64,000 bases of DNA, from positions 21,080,001-21,144,000 of the forward strand of contig OX597820.1 in NCBI GenBank assembly GCA_951406725.2, in the 5' to 3' direction. The stretch is from Octopus vulgaris (taxonomy: Eukaryota). Below are positions 1-12,417 of the stretch, piece after piece; positions within the stretch are counted from its first letter, which is position 1, and the number at the start of each line of letters is the position of its first letter. Made by a program: the position numbers and the translations under genes. Below the pieces are notes generated by a model. The model was not told where the DNA came from, searched no databases, and worked only from the letters and a program-made list of their open reading frames with translations.

Positions 1-335
1 GATATAAATGTACCACTAACACTGAATTGTAACAGTTCTTGCCTGATGATTACAATGGCATGAAACTTTCAATTTCAATAAACACACACGCGCACACACA
101 CACACACACACACATACACACTAAAAGATATAAATGTACCACTAACACTGAATTGGAACAGTTCTTGCATGGTGATTACAATGGCATGAAACATCCAATT
201 TCAATAAACACACATACACACACTGAAGGATATAAATGTACCACTAATACTGAATTGTAATAGTTCTTGCTTGATGATTACAATGGCATGAAACTTTCAA
301 TTTCAATAAACACACACACACACAAATACACACAC
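1..335. repeat. Minisatellite, 3 units of ~100-126 bp, each ending in a (CA)n tract
   Basis: Unit gatataaatgtaccactaacactgaattg...tttcaataaacacacac restarts at 1, 127 and 229. Confidence 0.9.
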
Positions 336-366
336 GCATGCATGTGTGCAGAGGGAGAATCAGAGA

Positions 367-781
367 TAGGTGCAGGCATGGCTGTGTAGTTATGAAGTCT
401 GCTTCTTAAGCACATGATTTCGAGGTCAGACCCACTGCAAGGTAACTTATATCCTCAAGGCCTATCAAACCTTTTGGTAAATGGAAACTTTATAGAATCC
501 CATCATGTATGTTTATGTGTGTGTGTGTGCATGGATATGTCTGCATCTTCTTGTTGTAACATTAAGCAACAGTTGTAAATGTGTGTCACCAACATTTAAG
601 TGGGGTTGCTCATTTCCAATCTTCTGTGGTAACATGTTCAGGCATAGGGGGGAAATATTAGCTTACTAGGAAACAGATGAAGGTTGGCAACAGGAAGGGC
701 ATCCAGTGGTAGAAACTCTGCCTCAGTGAATGCCATCAGACCCACGCAAGCATGGAAAGTGAACATTAAAATGGTGATGAT
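367..781 (+). mobile_element. Old SINE: family A head with an RTE-type 3' tail
   Basis: Degenerate A head (taggtgcaggcatggctgtgtagtt...), then ggttggcaacaggaagggcatccag...gcaagcatggaaagtgaacattaaaatggtgatgat, matching the RTE 3' end seen elsewhere in the window. Confidence 0.7.
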
Positions 782-867
782 CAGGTTCAGGATTAAGATT
801 ATGAAGTTACACAGTCAAGAAATATCGTTAATTTCTTTGTTCCATAATTATTATTAAGTATATGCTA

Positions 868-1088
868 GGTGGTGAGCTGGCAGAATCATTAGTATGCCAG
901 GCAAAATGGTCAGTGCCATCTTACCTGTCTTTACATTCTGAGTTAAAAATTCCACCAAGGTTGACTTTGCCTTTCAACAAATCAGGATTGATAAACTAAG
1001 TACTAGCTACCAGTTGTGCATTATGGTTGATGTAATTGACTATACTCCTTGCTCCAAATTTCAGGCCCTTTAGTTATAATAGAAAGGA
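868..1088 (+). mobile_element. SINE family C (degenerate), followed by (CAT)n
   Basis: ggtggtgagctggcagaatcattag...gttgactttgcctttca...aaatttcaggcc; homologous to more than 20 copies in the window. Confidence 0.8.
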
Positions 1089-1198
1089 TCATCATCATCA
1101 TTATCATCATCATCATTGTCATCGTCATCGTCATTGTCATCATTGTTGTTGCTGCTGTTGTTGTTATCGTTATCATTATTAATACTGAGCTGCTGCTG

Positions 1199-1533
1199 AG
1201 ACCTCCTTCGGTCATGATTGACCATGGGATTGCACCAAGAAAGTTACCCTCCCAGGCACAAGTCTAGGCAAGGTCGTTTATGGAAGCCCAACAGTCGCCC
1301 ATGCATACCGGCCTCCCCTCTCTATGCCACTGATGTTATCCAAGGGAAAGGCAAAGACTGATACAGCTTGGCACCTGTGACGTTGCTACTCATTTCTACA
1401 GCTGAGTGAATTGGAGCAACATGAAATAAAGTGTCTTGCTCAAGAACACAACACGCAGCTCAGTCTGGGATTCAAACTCACAACCTCATGATCGTAAGCT
1501 CGATACTCTAACCACTGAACCATGCGCCTTCAC
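1199..1533 (-). mobile_element. SINE family B (tRNA-Arg-like head, CORE-like body)
   Basis: Reverse complement of 19552-19888 and 34526-34870. Confidence 0.85.
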
Positions 1534-1640
1534 TATTATTATTAATAATAATAATAACAATAATAATGATAATAATAATAATAGTAATAATAATAATAAT
1601 AATAATAATTATTATTATTATTATTATTGTTATTATTATT

Positions 1641-1716
<76 letters not shown>
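1534..1716. repeat. Compound (TAA)n/(TAT)n/(CAT)n microsatellite
   Basis: Direct reading. Confidence 0.95.
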
Positions 1717-1718
<2 letters not shown>

Positions 1719-1983
1719 GCTGGCGAGCTGACAGAAATGTTAGTACCAGCTGAGTACTGGCAGTCAATCTAATCGACTTTTTCCCTACCCCTGAAATTAC
1801 CGTCCTTGTTCCATTATTCAGAATATGTAATGATGTATATATCCTAAACCTACTTGACAAGTGAGTTTATCTGAGAGAATGTGCTCGAAGCCAAGAAGTT
1901 TTTTTTGCTCGATTAAAGGCAGTGCTCTAGCATGGCCACAGTCAAATGACTGAAACAAGTAATAGAAGTTTTTTTTCACTTTT

Positions 1984-2377
1984 TTATTCTTTTACTTGTT
2001 TCAGTCATTGACTGTGGCCATGCTGGAGCACTGCCATTATTTGAGCAAATCAACCCCAGAACTTATTCTTTGTAAGCCTAGTAATTATTCTGTTGGTCTC
2101 TTTTGCTGAACCGCTAAGTTTAGGGGGCGTAACCACACCACCAGCGGTTGTCAAGCGATGTGGAGGGCGGGACAAACACAGGCACACAAATACACACATA
2201 TACATACACATATAGACAACGGGCTTCTTTCAGTTTCCGTCTACCAAATCCACTCAAGACTTTGGTCGGCCTGAGGCTATAGTAGAAGACACTTGCCCAA
2301 GGTGCCATGTAGTGGGACTGAAACCGGAACCATGTGGTTGGTAAGCAAGCTACTTACCACACAGCCACTCCAGCACC
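1984..2377 (-). mobile_element. SINE family A, full length, CR1-type tail
   Basis: Reverse complement of 13582-13972; internal (TA/TG)n and tail ctccagcatggccacagtca..tgactgaaacaag. Confidence 0.9.
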
Positions 2378-2824
2378 TTATAATAAAAAATTTCATTGAC
2401 CTCTTAAAACATACTTGCTGTGAACTTTATTTCTGTTTGCGACTGTGTCTCAGTCCAATCAATCACACTCTTCTCTCAAAATAGGAAAGCTAGGGGAAAG
2501 AAGTATTAGCAGTTAGCTCATAAATCTTTGTTTAAAGATTTAAATACTGCTGTAATTTGGGTTAAGTTATTTACAGAGCCAAGCCACACCATGGACTTGT
2601 TGCTGTGAGTACATACACACACACACACACACACATGCAAACATACACACAAACCCCAAAATAAGCATGGGATATATATATATATATATATATATACAGT
2701 ATGTATATATGTATGTCTCTATCTATCTATCTATCTATCTATCTATTTATGTATGTATGTATGTATGTATGTTTCTATCTATCTATCTATCTACGTATAT
2801 ATATATATATACATATATACACGT

Positions 2825-3120
2825 GAAGGTGGGAGGTCAAGTGGTCAGGTGTGTTGCACTTATGATCATGAGATTGTAGGTCCAATTCTCAGACCGCCTG
2901 TATGTTGTGTTCTTGAGCAAAACACTTCATTTTCACATTGCTCTAGTCCACTCAGCTGTAAATGGGTGACCCTGCAACAGACTGGCCTTCTGAACAGGGC
3001 GAATGTTGGCCTGCTCACCTAGCATGCAGATTGGCACCATTCAAAAGCTAAAATGATGCAAAGTGCATTGTGACCAGCAGTGTATAACAACACCTGATAA
3101 CCTGGTTGACCAAATGATTA
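2825..3120 (+). mobile_element. SINE family B variant (CORE-like body, different 3' half)
   Basis: tgttgtgttcttgagcaaaacacttcattttcacattgctctagtccactcagctgtaaatggg, shared with 15623-15870. Confidence 0.7.
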
Positions 3121-3246
3121 CATGATACATATATATATATATATATATATATGGTTTATTTTTTCACTGTTTGATTTGCCTAATAGTGGTTTTATCTCTA
3201 ATTTAATTTATATATGGATATATATATATATATACACACACATATA

Positions 3247-3328
<82 letters not shown>

Positions 3329-3529
3329 CGTGTGTGTGTACATATATATATATATATATACCAAGTAAGTTAGGGGTTATGGATCCAACCCACTAAGGGA
3401 TAATACTTGTCCAATATACTGTTGGTATAATATCCAAATTATTAATACACATGAGTTTTTAATTGCAATGCAATAAACTTACTTATTGTATTAAATGGGT
3501 GAAAGTAAAGAAATATTTTACCATTAATT

Positions 3530-3885
3530 TATAATACAAATAAGAAAATGGAGAAGCACATTAGTTGGTTCATCAGCTTTAGGATATTAGAATGTTGACT
3601 AATTTATTTAACAAAACAAGAACCATAATAACATACACATATACAATGTACATATGAGATAAGAATACAATTATAAAAACCTTAATATAAATTCAATAAT
3701 TTATAAATTCAATAAATTATATTAAGGTTTTTTTAATTGTATTCTTATCTCATATGTATTGAATTTTAACGTATATGTATATGTTATTATGGTACTCGTT
3801 TTGTTAAATAAATTAGTCAACATTCTAATATCCTAAAGCTGAGAAACCAACTAAATTGTTTCTCCATTTTCTTTTTTGTATTATA
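3530..3885. repeat. Long imperfect inverted repeat (fold-back, ~160 bp arms) between (TA)n tracts
   Basis: ataatacaaataagaaaatggagaa...ctttaggatattagaatgttgactaatttatttaacaaaa is mirrored by ttttgttaaataaattagtcaacattctaatatcctaaag...tctccattttcttttttgtattat. Confidence 0.9.
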
Positions 3886-4839
3886 TATATATACAAATAC
3901 ATACATATATATATGCATGTGTATGTATATATATCTAGTATATTGATTAGAGACAGTTATTCTTTGTAAAGAATACACATTGTAGTGTCCAAGAGATTTA
4001 AACTTGAGCAGGTAGAGCAGTAAGTGTAAGGTTAAGCAAGTTAGGTAAGGTCAACTTTGTCTTTCATCCTTTTGGGGTCGATAAATTAAGTACCAGTTGC
4101 ATACTGTGGTCGATCTAATCAACTGGCCCTCAGCCCAAACATTTTGAGCCTTGTGCCTGGAATAGAAAGAAAAAATATATTAAACACATTTAATACAAAA
4201 AAAAATGTACATTTGTTTATATATAAAAAGGTCTGGCTTACACAGAATAGAAAAATCATTTTAACATCCACATTTCCCAGCTCGGAATCCAGATGGAATT
4301 TGTTTAGGCAGGCTTCTAGGGTTGGATGCCCTTCTTTTAACCTTCATTATTTTCCAAGCAAGGGGATATTTTCCAATGACCAAGTACTTTTCTATGGTCA
4401 AGTAGAAATGCAGGACACCACATATATGTTGATGTTACTTTGATAAAAACTGCAGTTTGATGAACGAAGAGCTATTCACCTATTTGTACGGTTCTCTTGC
4501 AGCACTGACTTTCCAGCTGGGTCATATCTATGGGTGCTCTAATGACCTAACCTCTGGCCAAAACATAACAGCAAATTTTCTGTAATCCACATGTCCACAG
4601 ACATTTGCACAGCACGACTGCTGTGAAGCAAAAGAGATCCATGCTAGTCCTGCTCTTGCTCACATGACAATATTTGCTCCTTGTCTTTCAGTCAGGCCCC
4701 TCAACAGTTGACATCACCGACCTTGTACTTCCAGTTCAACTTGTCCCCACAAAAACATACAGTGAGGAGTTATGAGAGGTGAATATAGTTTTATTTAGCA
4801 ATGCTACTTTCATAGGATTATGGCTGTTTCACAACCTTT

Positions 4840-6152
4840 TTAACTCTTTCAATACCAACCCAGCTGAAACTGGCTCTGGCTCTCAGTACAAATATTCTGT
4901 TTTCAAAAGTTCATCATCATCATCATCGTTTAACGTCCGTTCTCCATGCTAGCATGGGTTGGACGGTTCGACCGGGGATCTGGGAAGCCAGAAGGCTGCA
5001 CCAGGCTCCAGTCTTATCTGGCAGTGTTTCTACAGCTGGATGCCCTTCCTAACGCCAACCACTCCGTGAGTGTAGTGGGTGCTTTTTATGTGACACCTGC
5101 ACAGGTGCCAGGCGAGGCTGGCAACGGCCACGGTCGGATTGGTGCATTTTACGTGCCACCGGCACAGAAGCCAGTCGAGGCGGCACTGGCATTGGCCATG
5201 ATTCGGATAGTGCTTTTACGTACCACCAGTCCAGGGTAAAATCTTCCACCAAACCTTAGTCACAATTTATGTTCCTAACACCAGCTTAATGATAACTAAG
5301 TTATTTTAACTAAATTCTTTGTTATACTTAAAATTAGTTGAAAGAAACACAGAGCATCTCAACAGAAATATGGTAACAAAAGGGTTAAAATATATAAAAG
5401 AGAAACAATTCTTAACCCTTTTGAGACCAACCTGGCTGAAACCACCTCTGGCTCTGTAGTACAAATGTTTTGTTTTCAAAAGTTCTGAATTAAAATCTTC
5501 CACCAAACATTAGTCACAATTTATGTTCCTAAAACACTAGCTTAATGATAACTAAGTTATTTTATCTAAATTCTTTGTTATACTTAAAATTAATTGAAAG
5601 AAACACAGAGCATCTCAACAGAAATATGGTAACAAAAGGGTTAAAATATATAACAGAGGAACAATTCTTAACCCTTTTGATACCAACCTGGCTGAAACCA
5701 CCTCTGGCTCTGTAGTACAAATGTTTTGTTTTCAAAAGTTCTGAATTAAAATCTTCCACCAAACATTAGTCACAATTTATGTTCCTAAAACACTAGCTTA
5801 ATGATAACTAAGTTATTTTATCTAAATTCTTTGTTATACTTAAAATTAATTGAAAGAAACACAGAGCATCTCAACAGAAATATGGTAACAAAAGGGTTAA
5901 AATATATAACAGAGAAACAATTCTTAACCCTTTTGATACCAACCCAGCTGAAACTACCTCTGGCTCTCAGTACAAATGTTTTGTTTTCAAAAGTCCTGAA
6001 TTAAAATCTTTCACCAAACCTTAGTCACAATTTATGTTCCTAACACTAGCTTAATGATAACTAAGTTATTTTACTAAATTCTTTGTTATGTTTAAAATTG
6101 ATTGAAAGAAATACAGAGCATCTCAAAATAAATACCGTAACGAAAGAGTTAA
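4840..6152. mobile_element. Tandem array of 4 piggyBac-type MITEs (TTAA-CCCTT...AAGGG-TTAA), period 256 bp
   Basis: Units start at 4840, 5412, 5668 and 5924, each bounded by ttaa, separated by the spacer aatatataacagagaaacaattc. Copy 1 is interrupted by an RTE 3' fragment. Confidence 0.85.
4912..5236 (-). mobile_element. 5'-truncated RTE LINE 3' UTR with (GAT)n tail, inserted in the MITE
   Basis: catcatcatcgtttaacgtccg...ctggatgcccttcctaacgccaaccac; MITE sequence resumes at taaaatcttccacc. Confidence 0.85.
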
Positions 6153-6236
6153 TATAGTAATAATATCAGTGTGAAAGAAATCATGCTTACATGTTGGCAT
6201 TTGTATGTGTGTGCTCAGCATTATACAATACAACTG

Positions 6237-6371
6237 TATATTCACAAATTAATGCAAATAAAGAAAGCTAGCTCATCAGATCATCAGAGCATCTTGGCTA
6301 AATCAACAGTGCAAACTTTCATGGTGTTCTAGTGAGCTAACTGTCTTTATTTGCATTGATTTGTAAATATA
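6237..6371. repeat. Inverted repeat, ~40-50 bp arms
   Basis: tatattcacaaattaatgcaaataaagaaagctagctca / tgagctaactgtctttatttgcattgatttgtaaatata. Confidence 0.8.
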
Positions 6372-6523
6372 CATGTAGGCTTTTCATTAAGGTTTATTTA
6401 AGTTCTTAACTGAGTTCAAGCTGTTCACTAACAAAGCAACAAGATTTTTTAAGTTGAGAGAGTTACAGGTGTTTGTAAATATGTTGTTTAGTTGATGTGT
6501 TGGTTGAGGAGTATCTTTGAAAC

Positions 6524-7178
6524 ATCATCATCATCATGATCATCATAATCATCATTTAACGTCCGTTTTCCATGCTAGCATGGGTTGGACGATTTGACTG
6601 AGGTCTGGTGAACCAGACTCCAATCTGATCTGGCAGAGTTTCTACAGCTGGATGCCCTCCCTAACACCAACCACTCCGAGAGTGTAGTGGGTGCTTTTAC
6701 GTGCCACTGGCACAAGGGCCAGTTTGGTGGTGCTGGCAATGGCCACGCCCAAATGGTGCTTTTTACATGCCACCTGCACAGGAGCCAGTCCAGCAGCACT
6801 GGCGACGACTTCATTCGAATGTTTCACGTGCCACCAGCACAAGTGCTAGTAAGGCGATGCGGTAACGATCACGCTTGAATGGTGTGCTTAACGTGCCATC
6901 GGCACGAAGGCCAGCTTGTTGCTCTGGCAACGATCTCACTCGTATGATACTCTTAGCACTCCACTAGCAACGGATGCCAGTCACCGAGTTTGATTTTGAC
7001 TTTGATTTCACTTGCCTCAACTGGTGTTTGCAAGCAGAGTTTAGTGTCCAATGAAGAAAAGCACACATAAGTGGACTGGCTACACCCCTAGCATAGGCCA
7101 CAAGGTTATGGTTGCACTTGCGCTTGCTGAGTCTTCTGCAGCACAGCATATTTCCAGAGGTTCCGGTCACTAGTCATT
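6524..7178 (-). mobile_element. RTE-clade LINE 3' fragment (ORF end plus 3' UTR with subrepeats)
   Basis: Minus strand reads MTSDRNLWKYAVLQKTQQAQV, the same C-terminus as at 28280-28430, followed by the UTR and (GAT)n tail. Confidence 0.8.
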
Positions 7179-7406
7179 TGAAACGTCTTTCAAATTTTCA
7201 TTGTGCTTCTAATAGACTGAATTTGGAGAATCCACATCAGTTTCTTTCACTCTTTCTTTGCAAAGCCTGGTATTTCAAGGCTTTTGTGGAAATTTGTACA
7301 TACACTGCCTTTCCTAAGCCTTTATTTAAATCTATAGATACATAACCTTGAATCTACATATGTATGTGTGTGCGTGTGTGTGTGTGTATGCATGTATGTA
7401 TATGTG

Positions 7407-8547
7407 TTAGTAACAGTACCTGGCATAGCCTGGCTCCAAAGATATTCTAAACAAATTACATAAGCAGTTACAAAAATAATTTAGTTTTCTTCCAAATCAA
7501 AATCTGATTGTTTTTCTTTTTTTGTTTTTTCTTGGTAATACAAAGATCTGTGCAATGTTATATTAGCGTATTATTTCAGACAAAAATTGTAAATATAAGA
7601 AAGGCGGGAGTATGAGGAGAAAAATTAAAAACGTATACACAAATAATTGCACACATTAATTTCGAGCATATCTTAATTAAAGGCCGAACATGTAAAAAGG
7701 AAAATATATGGAAATGAAATAATTTGATAAGTTAAAAAATAAACAACTAAAAATCACATGAAAAATATTTGTCACAGCGAATAACTGCGTACAAACTAAG
7801 AGAACTGAGAGATGATATTTTTCAATAGAAATAAATGTAAAGAACTCTAACATAACAAAATAAATAATCGCAACAGATGGTGAGGAATAGACCATAAAAT
7901 AATATATAAAATATCAAATAGATTTGTTGTGTAATTCAGTAGGCGTCTAGATTCTGCTAGAATGTTTTACATCTGGACATAAAAGATCTCAGTAGCATAT
8001 CTATAACCAGAATTAATTCCATGTTTGAAATCTTGTAAGTCTCAGTAAAGAAATCAAATATTTTTTACTATTTTATGCTGTCTCCTGGCAGGTTGCATTT
8101 GGAGACAAATTATCCATTATATAAGCGAGGAAATCCACTATATTGCTGTGTATATCTATTGTTGTGTATGGTTATTGCTATGATTTTTATGTTATTTTTT
8201 TCTCTCTCACAGATGGATGCTCTTCATATTGTCATTTACTTTACAACATAAAGCAAGTTCGTTTTAATGTTTCCCTGGTGCAAAGGCAGTTCTCTGTGGC
8301 AGAACTAAATAATATCTTTCCTGTATTGGTTTCTAAACAGAATTTCTTTTCTTCCAGTCAGCTTGCGTTTCCTGTGTCTTGCAGAATCCGCTTCTGCTGC
8401 ATTCTCATTCTTTTATTCCTGTTATTTATTCCTTATTCTTATTCTTTCATTATTCCTATTCTTGTATTCTTTTACTTGCTTCAGTTATTTTATAACTTTA
8501 ATCATAATTGTAATGTTTTGGTAGTGATATGTGTATTTTATACATAG
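7407..8547 (-). mobile_element. Decayed non-autonomous Helitron-like element
   Basis: Minus strand starts ctatgtataaaa and ends in a degenerate GC hairpin plus ctaa (CTAG-like); same layout as 56011-57186. The internal YEEHPSV-like remnant is weak. Confidence 0.4.
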
Positions 8548-8710
8548 TAATTATTGGTAGAGCTGTGAGGTAAGATGCTTGCTTCACAATCACATGGTTC
8601 ATGGTTCAGTCCCCCTGAGTGGCACCTCGGGTGAGTGTCTTCGGCTATAGCCCCAGGCCAATTAATGTCTTACTAATGGATTTGGCAGACAGAAACTGAA
8701 AGAAGCTCAT

Positions 8711-8741
<31 letters not shown>

Positions 8742-8745
8742 ATAG

Positions 8746-9058
8746 ATATCACCTTGATTGCCTTGACTGACCAGTCCATTGGACGTCCATTTGACACTAC
8801 TGGTCACAGCATGCTGTCCACTCCTCTCTGGACCATGCCTTCCTCATCCACGTGGTCCCAATCACTCTCCTAAAATCGTAACTCCACCATCGTGGAGGCC
8901 TTCTGAGTGGTAATTTCTGCTTGCATGGGTACCACTCGACAACTGCGCAAGTCCACCAATTATTGGTGAGCTGGGCGATGTGTCCAGCACGTTAAAACTT
9001 GCTGCATGTATATTGTACGATGACATCCCTCACACTGGACTTCTGGCTGATGACCTCA
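8746..9058 (-). mobile_element. RTE-clade LINE 3' fragment (second RTE family)
   Basis: Minus strand: EVISQKSSVRDVIVQYTCSKF*RAGHIAQLTNNWWTCAVVEWYPCKQKLPLRRPPRWWSYDFRRVIGTTW, matching the RTE WAGH..R / GRP..RW C-terminal signature; tail tcaaggcaatcaaggtga. Confidence 0.8.
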
Positions 9059-9059
9059 T

Positions 9060-12000
9060 ATATACCAAAAGGAAAAGGAATGGACCATGCACCACCTGCC
9101 CCAAAACGGAGGTACGCAGATGTAGTGCATGCTACAAACCACCAACATGTTATTGAAAGGGCAGCTGCTGAACAAGAATCTTTTTTGTGCATGGCACAAG
9201 AGATTGTACAGCAGCTAACCTGGCTCCATGAAACTCAAACTCGCAGATGGGACTATCCACAATACACAAGACCGCCACAGCAAATAGACCCAAGGTGGAC
9301 ACCACCGGCAACAGCACACACATCACCTCGATGCTCCTACTGAACATCAGAGGACTGCTAACACTCAGTAACAGGACAAAAATCCCGTTCTTGAGAGACC
9401 TTGTTGCATGCAATCAAGCCTTATGCATAGCACTTACGGAAACACACCTGAAACCGGACATAGCAGATGCAAAAATACACATACCACAGTATGATGTACT
9501 ACGGACCGACAGAAAAGAAAGGAGTCATGGAGGAGTTGCTATGTACATCCGCGAGGACCTCACACACCTCAGGTCCTTTTGTCATACTCAAATTTGGTGT
9601 GTGACACACTAATTGTTCATATAAGGCAACTTGGTGTAGTTATATGTGTTACATATTGCCCTTCAGATGCCCCAAGCCATGTAGGCAAGTTTGAAGACTG
9701 CCTTATAAAAATAGAAGTTCTAGTCACATTAGAACAACACATAAGTGTACTTCTTATGGGAGACTTCAATCTGCCCAATGTCAGATGGCCCAAGGGCCTT
9801 TCTCTCCCAGGAATGACACGATGCAAACGAGGACAGGCGAGGTCCCTCCTGAACCTCATCAACACTCTGTACATGGATCAAATAATACTCCAACCAACCA
9901 GGGCAGGTAACATACTGGATCTCTGCTTCACAAATAATATGGATCTCATCCATAAAGTGAAAGTGACACCGACACTACTCTCGGATCACAACATGGTAGA
10001 GCTGACCATGTATGGGCCAAAGGAAAGCATGGACATGCAGCCTACAAGAAACTCTCAGAATCTTTCCAGCTTGAACTTCAATAAGGCAAACTGGAAACAA
10101 ATTGAGAAAGAGATCCTCAAACAAAACTGGCCTGAATGTCTCTCCTCGCCAGACATCGACATGATACTTCAACAATTCATGTCTGTAATGCAAGCCATAT
10201 GCTACAAATGTGTCCCAGAGAGAAAGGCCACTGTACACAAGAACAAAATCCCCAGAGAGAGGAAAATTCTAATGAGACAGCGTACAAAGTTTCAAATCGC
10301 CTAAACAAACAAAAGCAGTGAAAAGTCCCGCCTGAAAATAAAACTGTTGGAAATTGAAAAATGTTTGCAACTCTCTCATGAAAAAGAAAGAGCAGACAAA
10401 GAAGCCTGGGCTATAGACAACATAAAATCTAACCCCAGAGCTTTCTACAGGTATGCCAAAGAAACAGCTACGGTGCACTGTAGGATAGGGCCACTCCTTG
10501 AAAAGGATGGCACACTCACAGGAAATCCAATGAGGATAAGTGAAATACGAAATGAGCAATTCAAGAGTATTTTCACTCCACCCCTAGGGAATTTTCAAGT
10601 CAGCAATCCAACTGACTTCTTTACCACTGCAGATATAAAATCAGAGGCAGTGATGATTGATTACATCAATATAAAGGAAGACGATGTAATAAAGGCTATA
10701 GATGAAATGAAAACAAACTCAGCTACTGGCCCCAATGGATTCCCAGCAATCCTTCTAAAAGTATGTAAGAGAGTCCTAGCAAGACCACTGCAATTCCTCT
10801 TTCAGAGCTTCCTTGCAACTGGCAAACTTCCAAGAAAACTGAAGGAAAGTAAAATATGCCCTATTCATAAAGGAGGTAGCAGAGCAGAGGCCAAGAACTA
10901 CAGACCTATCTCTCTGACCTCACACATCAGCAAGGTCATGGAACGAATAGTCAGAAGGAAACTAATCACCTTCCTTGAAGAAAATGACTTGCTGCCTCAC
11001 ACCCAACGTGGCTTCCGACCAGGAAGAAGCTGCCTAACTCAGCTCCTACAACACTATGACTGGGTGCTGAAATGACTGCTCAACCACTCACATGTGGAAG
11101 TCATATATCTCGACTTTGCAAAGGCCTTTGACAAAGTCGATCATGGAATGATATGTCACAAACTGCGTGATCTTGGCATAGTTGGAAAATTGGGAGAATG
11201 GCTTCATGACTTTCTGAAGCATAGAAGCCAGGTGGTAGTAGCCAATGGGGCCACTTCCATTAACACGCAGATAGTGAGCGGTGTTCCACAGGGTACTGTT
11301 ATGGGACCACTACTGTTCATAATGGCCCTCTCAGACATGCCCTCAGCCACGCAGAGAGCCACAATCACAAGTTATGCAGATGATACAAAAGTTTCATGGG
11401 CAATACAGAACCCTGAAGACACTATGCACCTGCAATGTGAGCTGGACAAAATATACAAGTGGGTTGAAAAGAATAGCATGCAGTTCAATGCTGAAAAGTT
11501 TCAAGCTTTATGCTATCAGCATGCAAAACTAAATGCAATACCCAATAAATACACTGGACCTGGAGGGATTGCAATCCCAGAGGCACAATCAGTGCAAGAC
11601 CTGGGTATTTACATGAGTGATGATGCAACCTTTCATGTGCATGCTGCTAAATTGGTAATGAAATGTAGGCGGCTGACCGGATGGATTCTTAGAACTTTTA
11701 GAACAAGAGACCAGGAAACCATGATGGTCCTCTGGAGGACACTTGTCCTAAGCCACTTTGACTATTGTTCTCAGCTATGGTCACCATCCAGTGTCAAGTT
11801 AATCACAGAACTTGAGGCGATCCAACGAAGCTACACAAAGATAGCCTCTGTGCAGCATATAAGCTACTGGGAAAAACTCAAGAGATTCAGACTCTATTCC
11901 TTAGAGTGTAGGCGAGGAAGATATGCCATAATATACATCTGGAAGATCCTAGAAGGACTTGTCCCAAACTTTGGCATTGAGAGTTACACAAATACTAGAA

Positions 12001-12350
12001 CTGGGCGCCACTGCATAGTGCCAAGGACTCCAAATTTGCCATCAAGATGTAGGACAAGATACTGTGATAGCCTGGGCTTCAGAGGCCCACAGCTCTTCAA
12101 TATCCTCCCAAAGAACCTGAGAGACCTGCATGGGATGGATGCAGATGTCTTTAAAATAAAACTGGATCTCTCCCTGTCAGGTGTCCCAGATGAACCAACT
12201 TCACGGCAGGAGGTGCAGATGAGGGCAGCTGCATCGAACTCTCTCATGCACCAAATGGCAATTGCTAAAAAGCATTCGTGAAGTAAAATCATGTAGCAAC
12301 ACCAAATGGCGGTGCCCCAGCATGGCCACAGCTCGTGAGATAAAATAAAA
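9060..12350 (+). mobile_element. CR1/L2-group non-LTR retrotransposon, 5'-truncated in ORF1
   Basis: Probable ORF1 tail (9060-9343) overlaps the start of ORF2 with APE and RT domains; short 3' UTR ending ggcggtgccccagcatggccacagctcgtgag plus an A-rich tail. Confidence 0.92.
9310..12281 (+). pseudogene. LINE ORF2: apurinic-type endonuclease plus reverse transcriptase, disrupted
   Basis: APE motifs LLLNIRGL, IALTETHL, GGVAMY, MGDFN, PTRAGNILDL, SDHNMV; RT motifs NYRPISLTS, GFRPGRSC, YLDFAKAFDKV, GVPQG, YADD. Frameshifts near 9570-9600 and 10290-10320, and an in-frame TGA at 11073-11075. Confidence 0.95.
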
Positions 12351-12365
12351 AAAAATTTTTTAAAG

Positions 12366-12413
<48 letters not shown>

Positions 12414-12417
12414 ATAT

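Noticed and set aside
1436-1772. Poly-His, poly-Met, poly-Ile and YIYI/MYVC ORFs here and throughout
   Set aside because: They are translations of stop-free microsatellites, with no coding signal.
3560-3582. CTGATGAAAC on the minus strand as a hammerhead
   Set aside because: There is no stem II between CUGAUGA and GAAA and no stem I pairing.
4840-6152. Repeat-spacer array resembling CRISPR
   Set aside because: Repeats are ~230 bp MITEs, spacers are identical, there are no cas genes, and the context is eukaryotic.
6268-6290. CTGATGAG on the minus strand as a hammerhead
   Set aside because: No correctly placed GAAA or stems.
8190-8240. Strong plus-strand acceptor ttttttctctctcacag|ATG
   Set aside because: It lies within a probable Helitron remnant, with no supported downstream exon.
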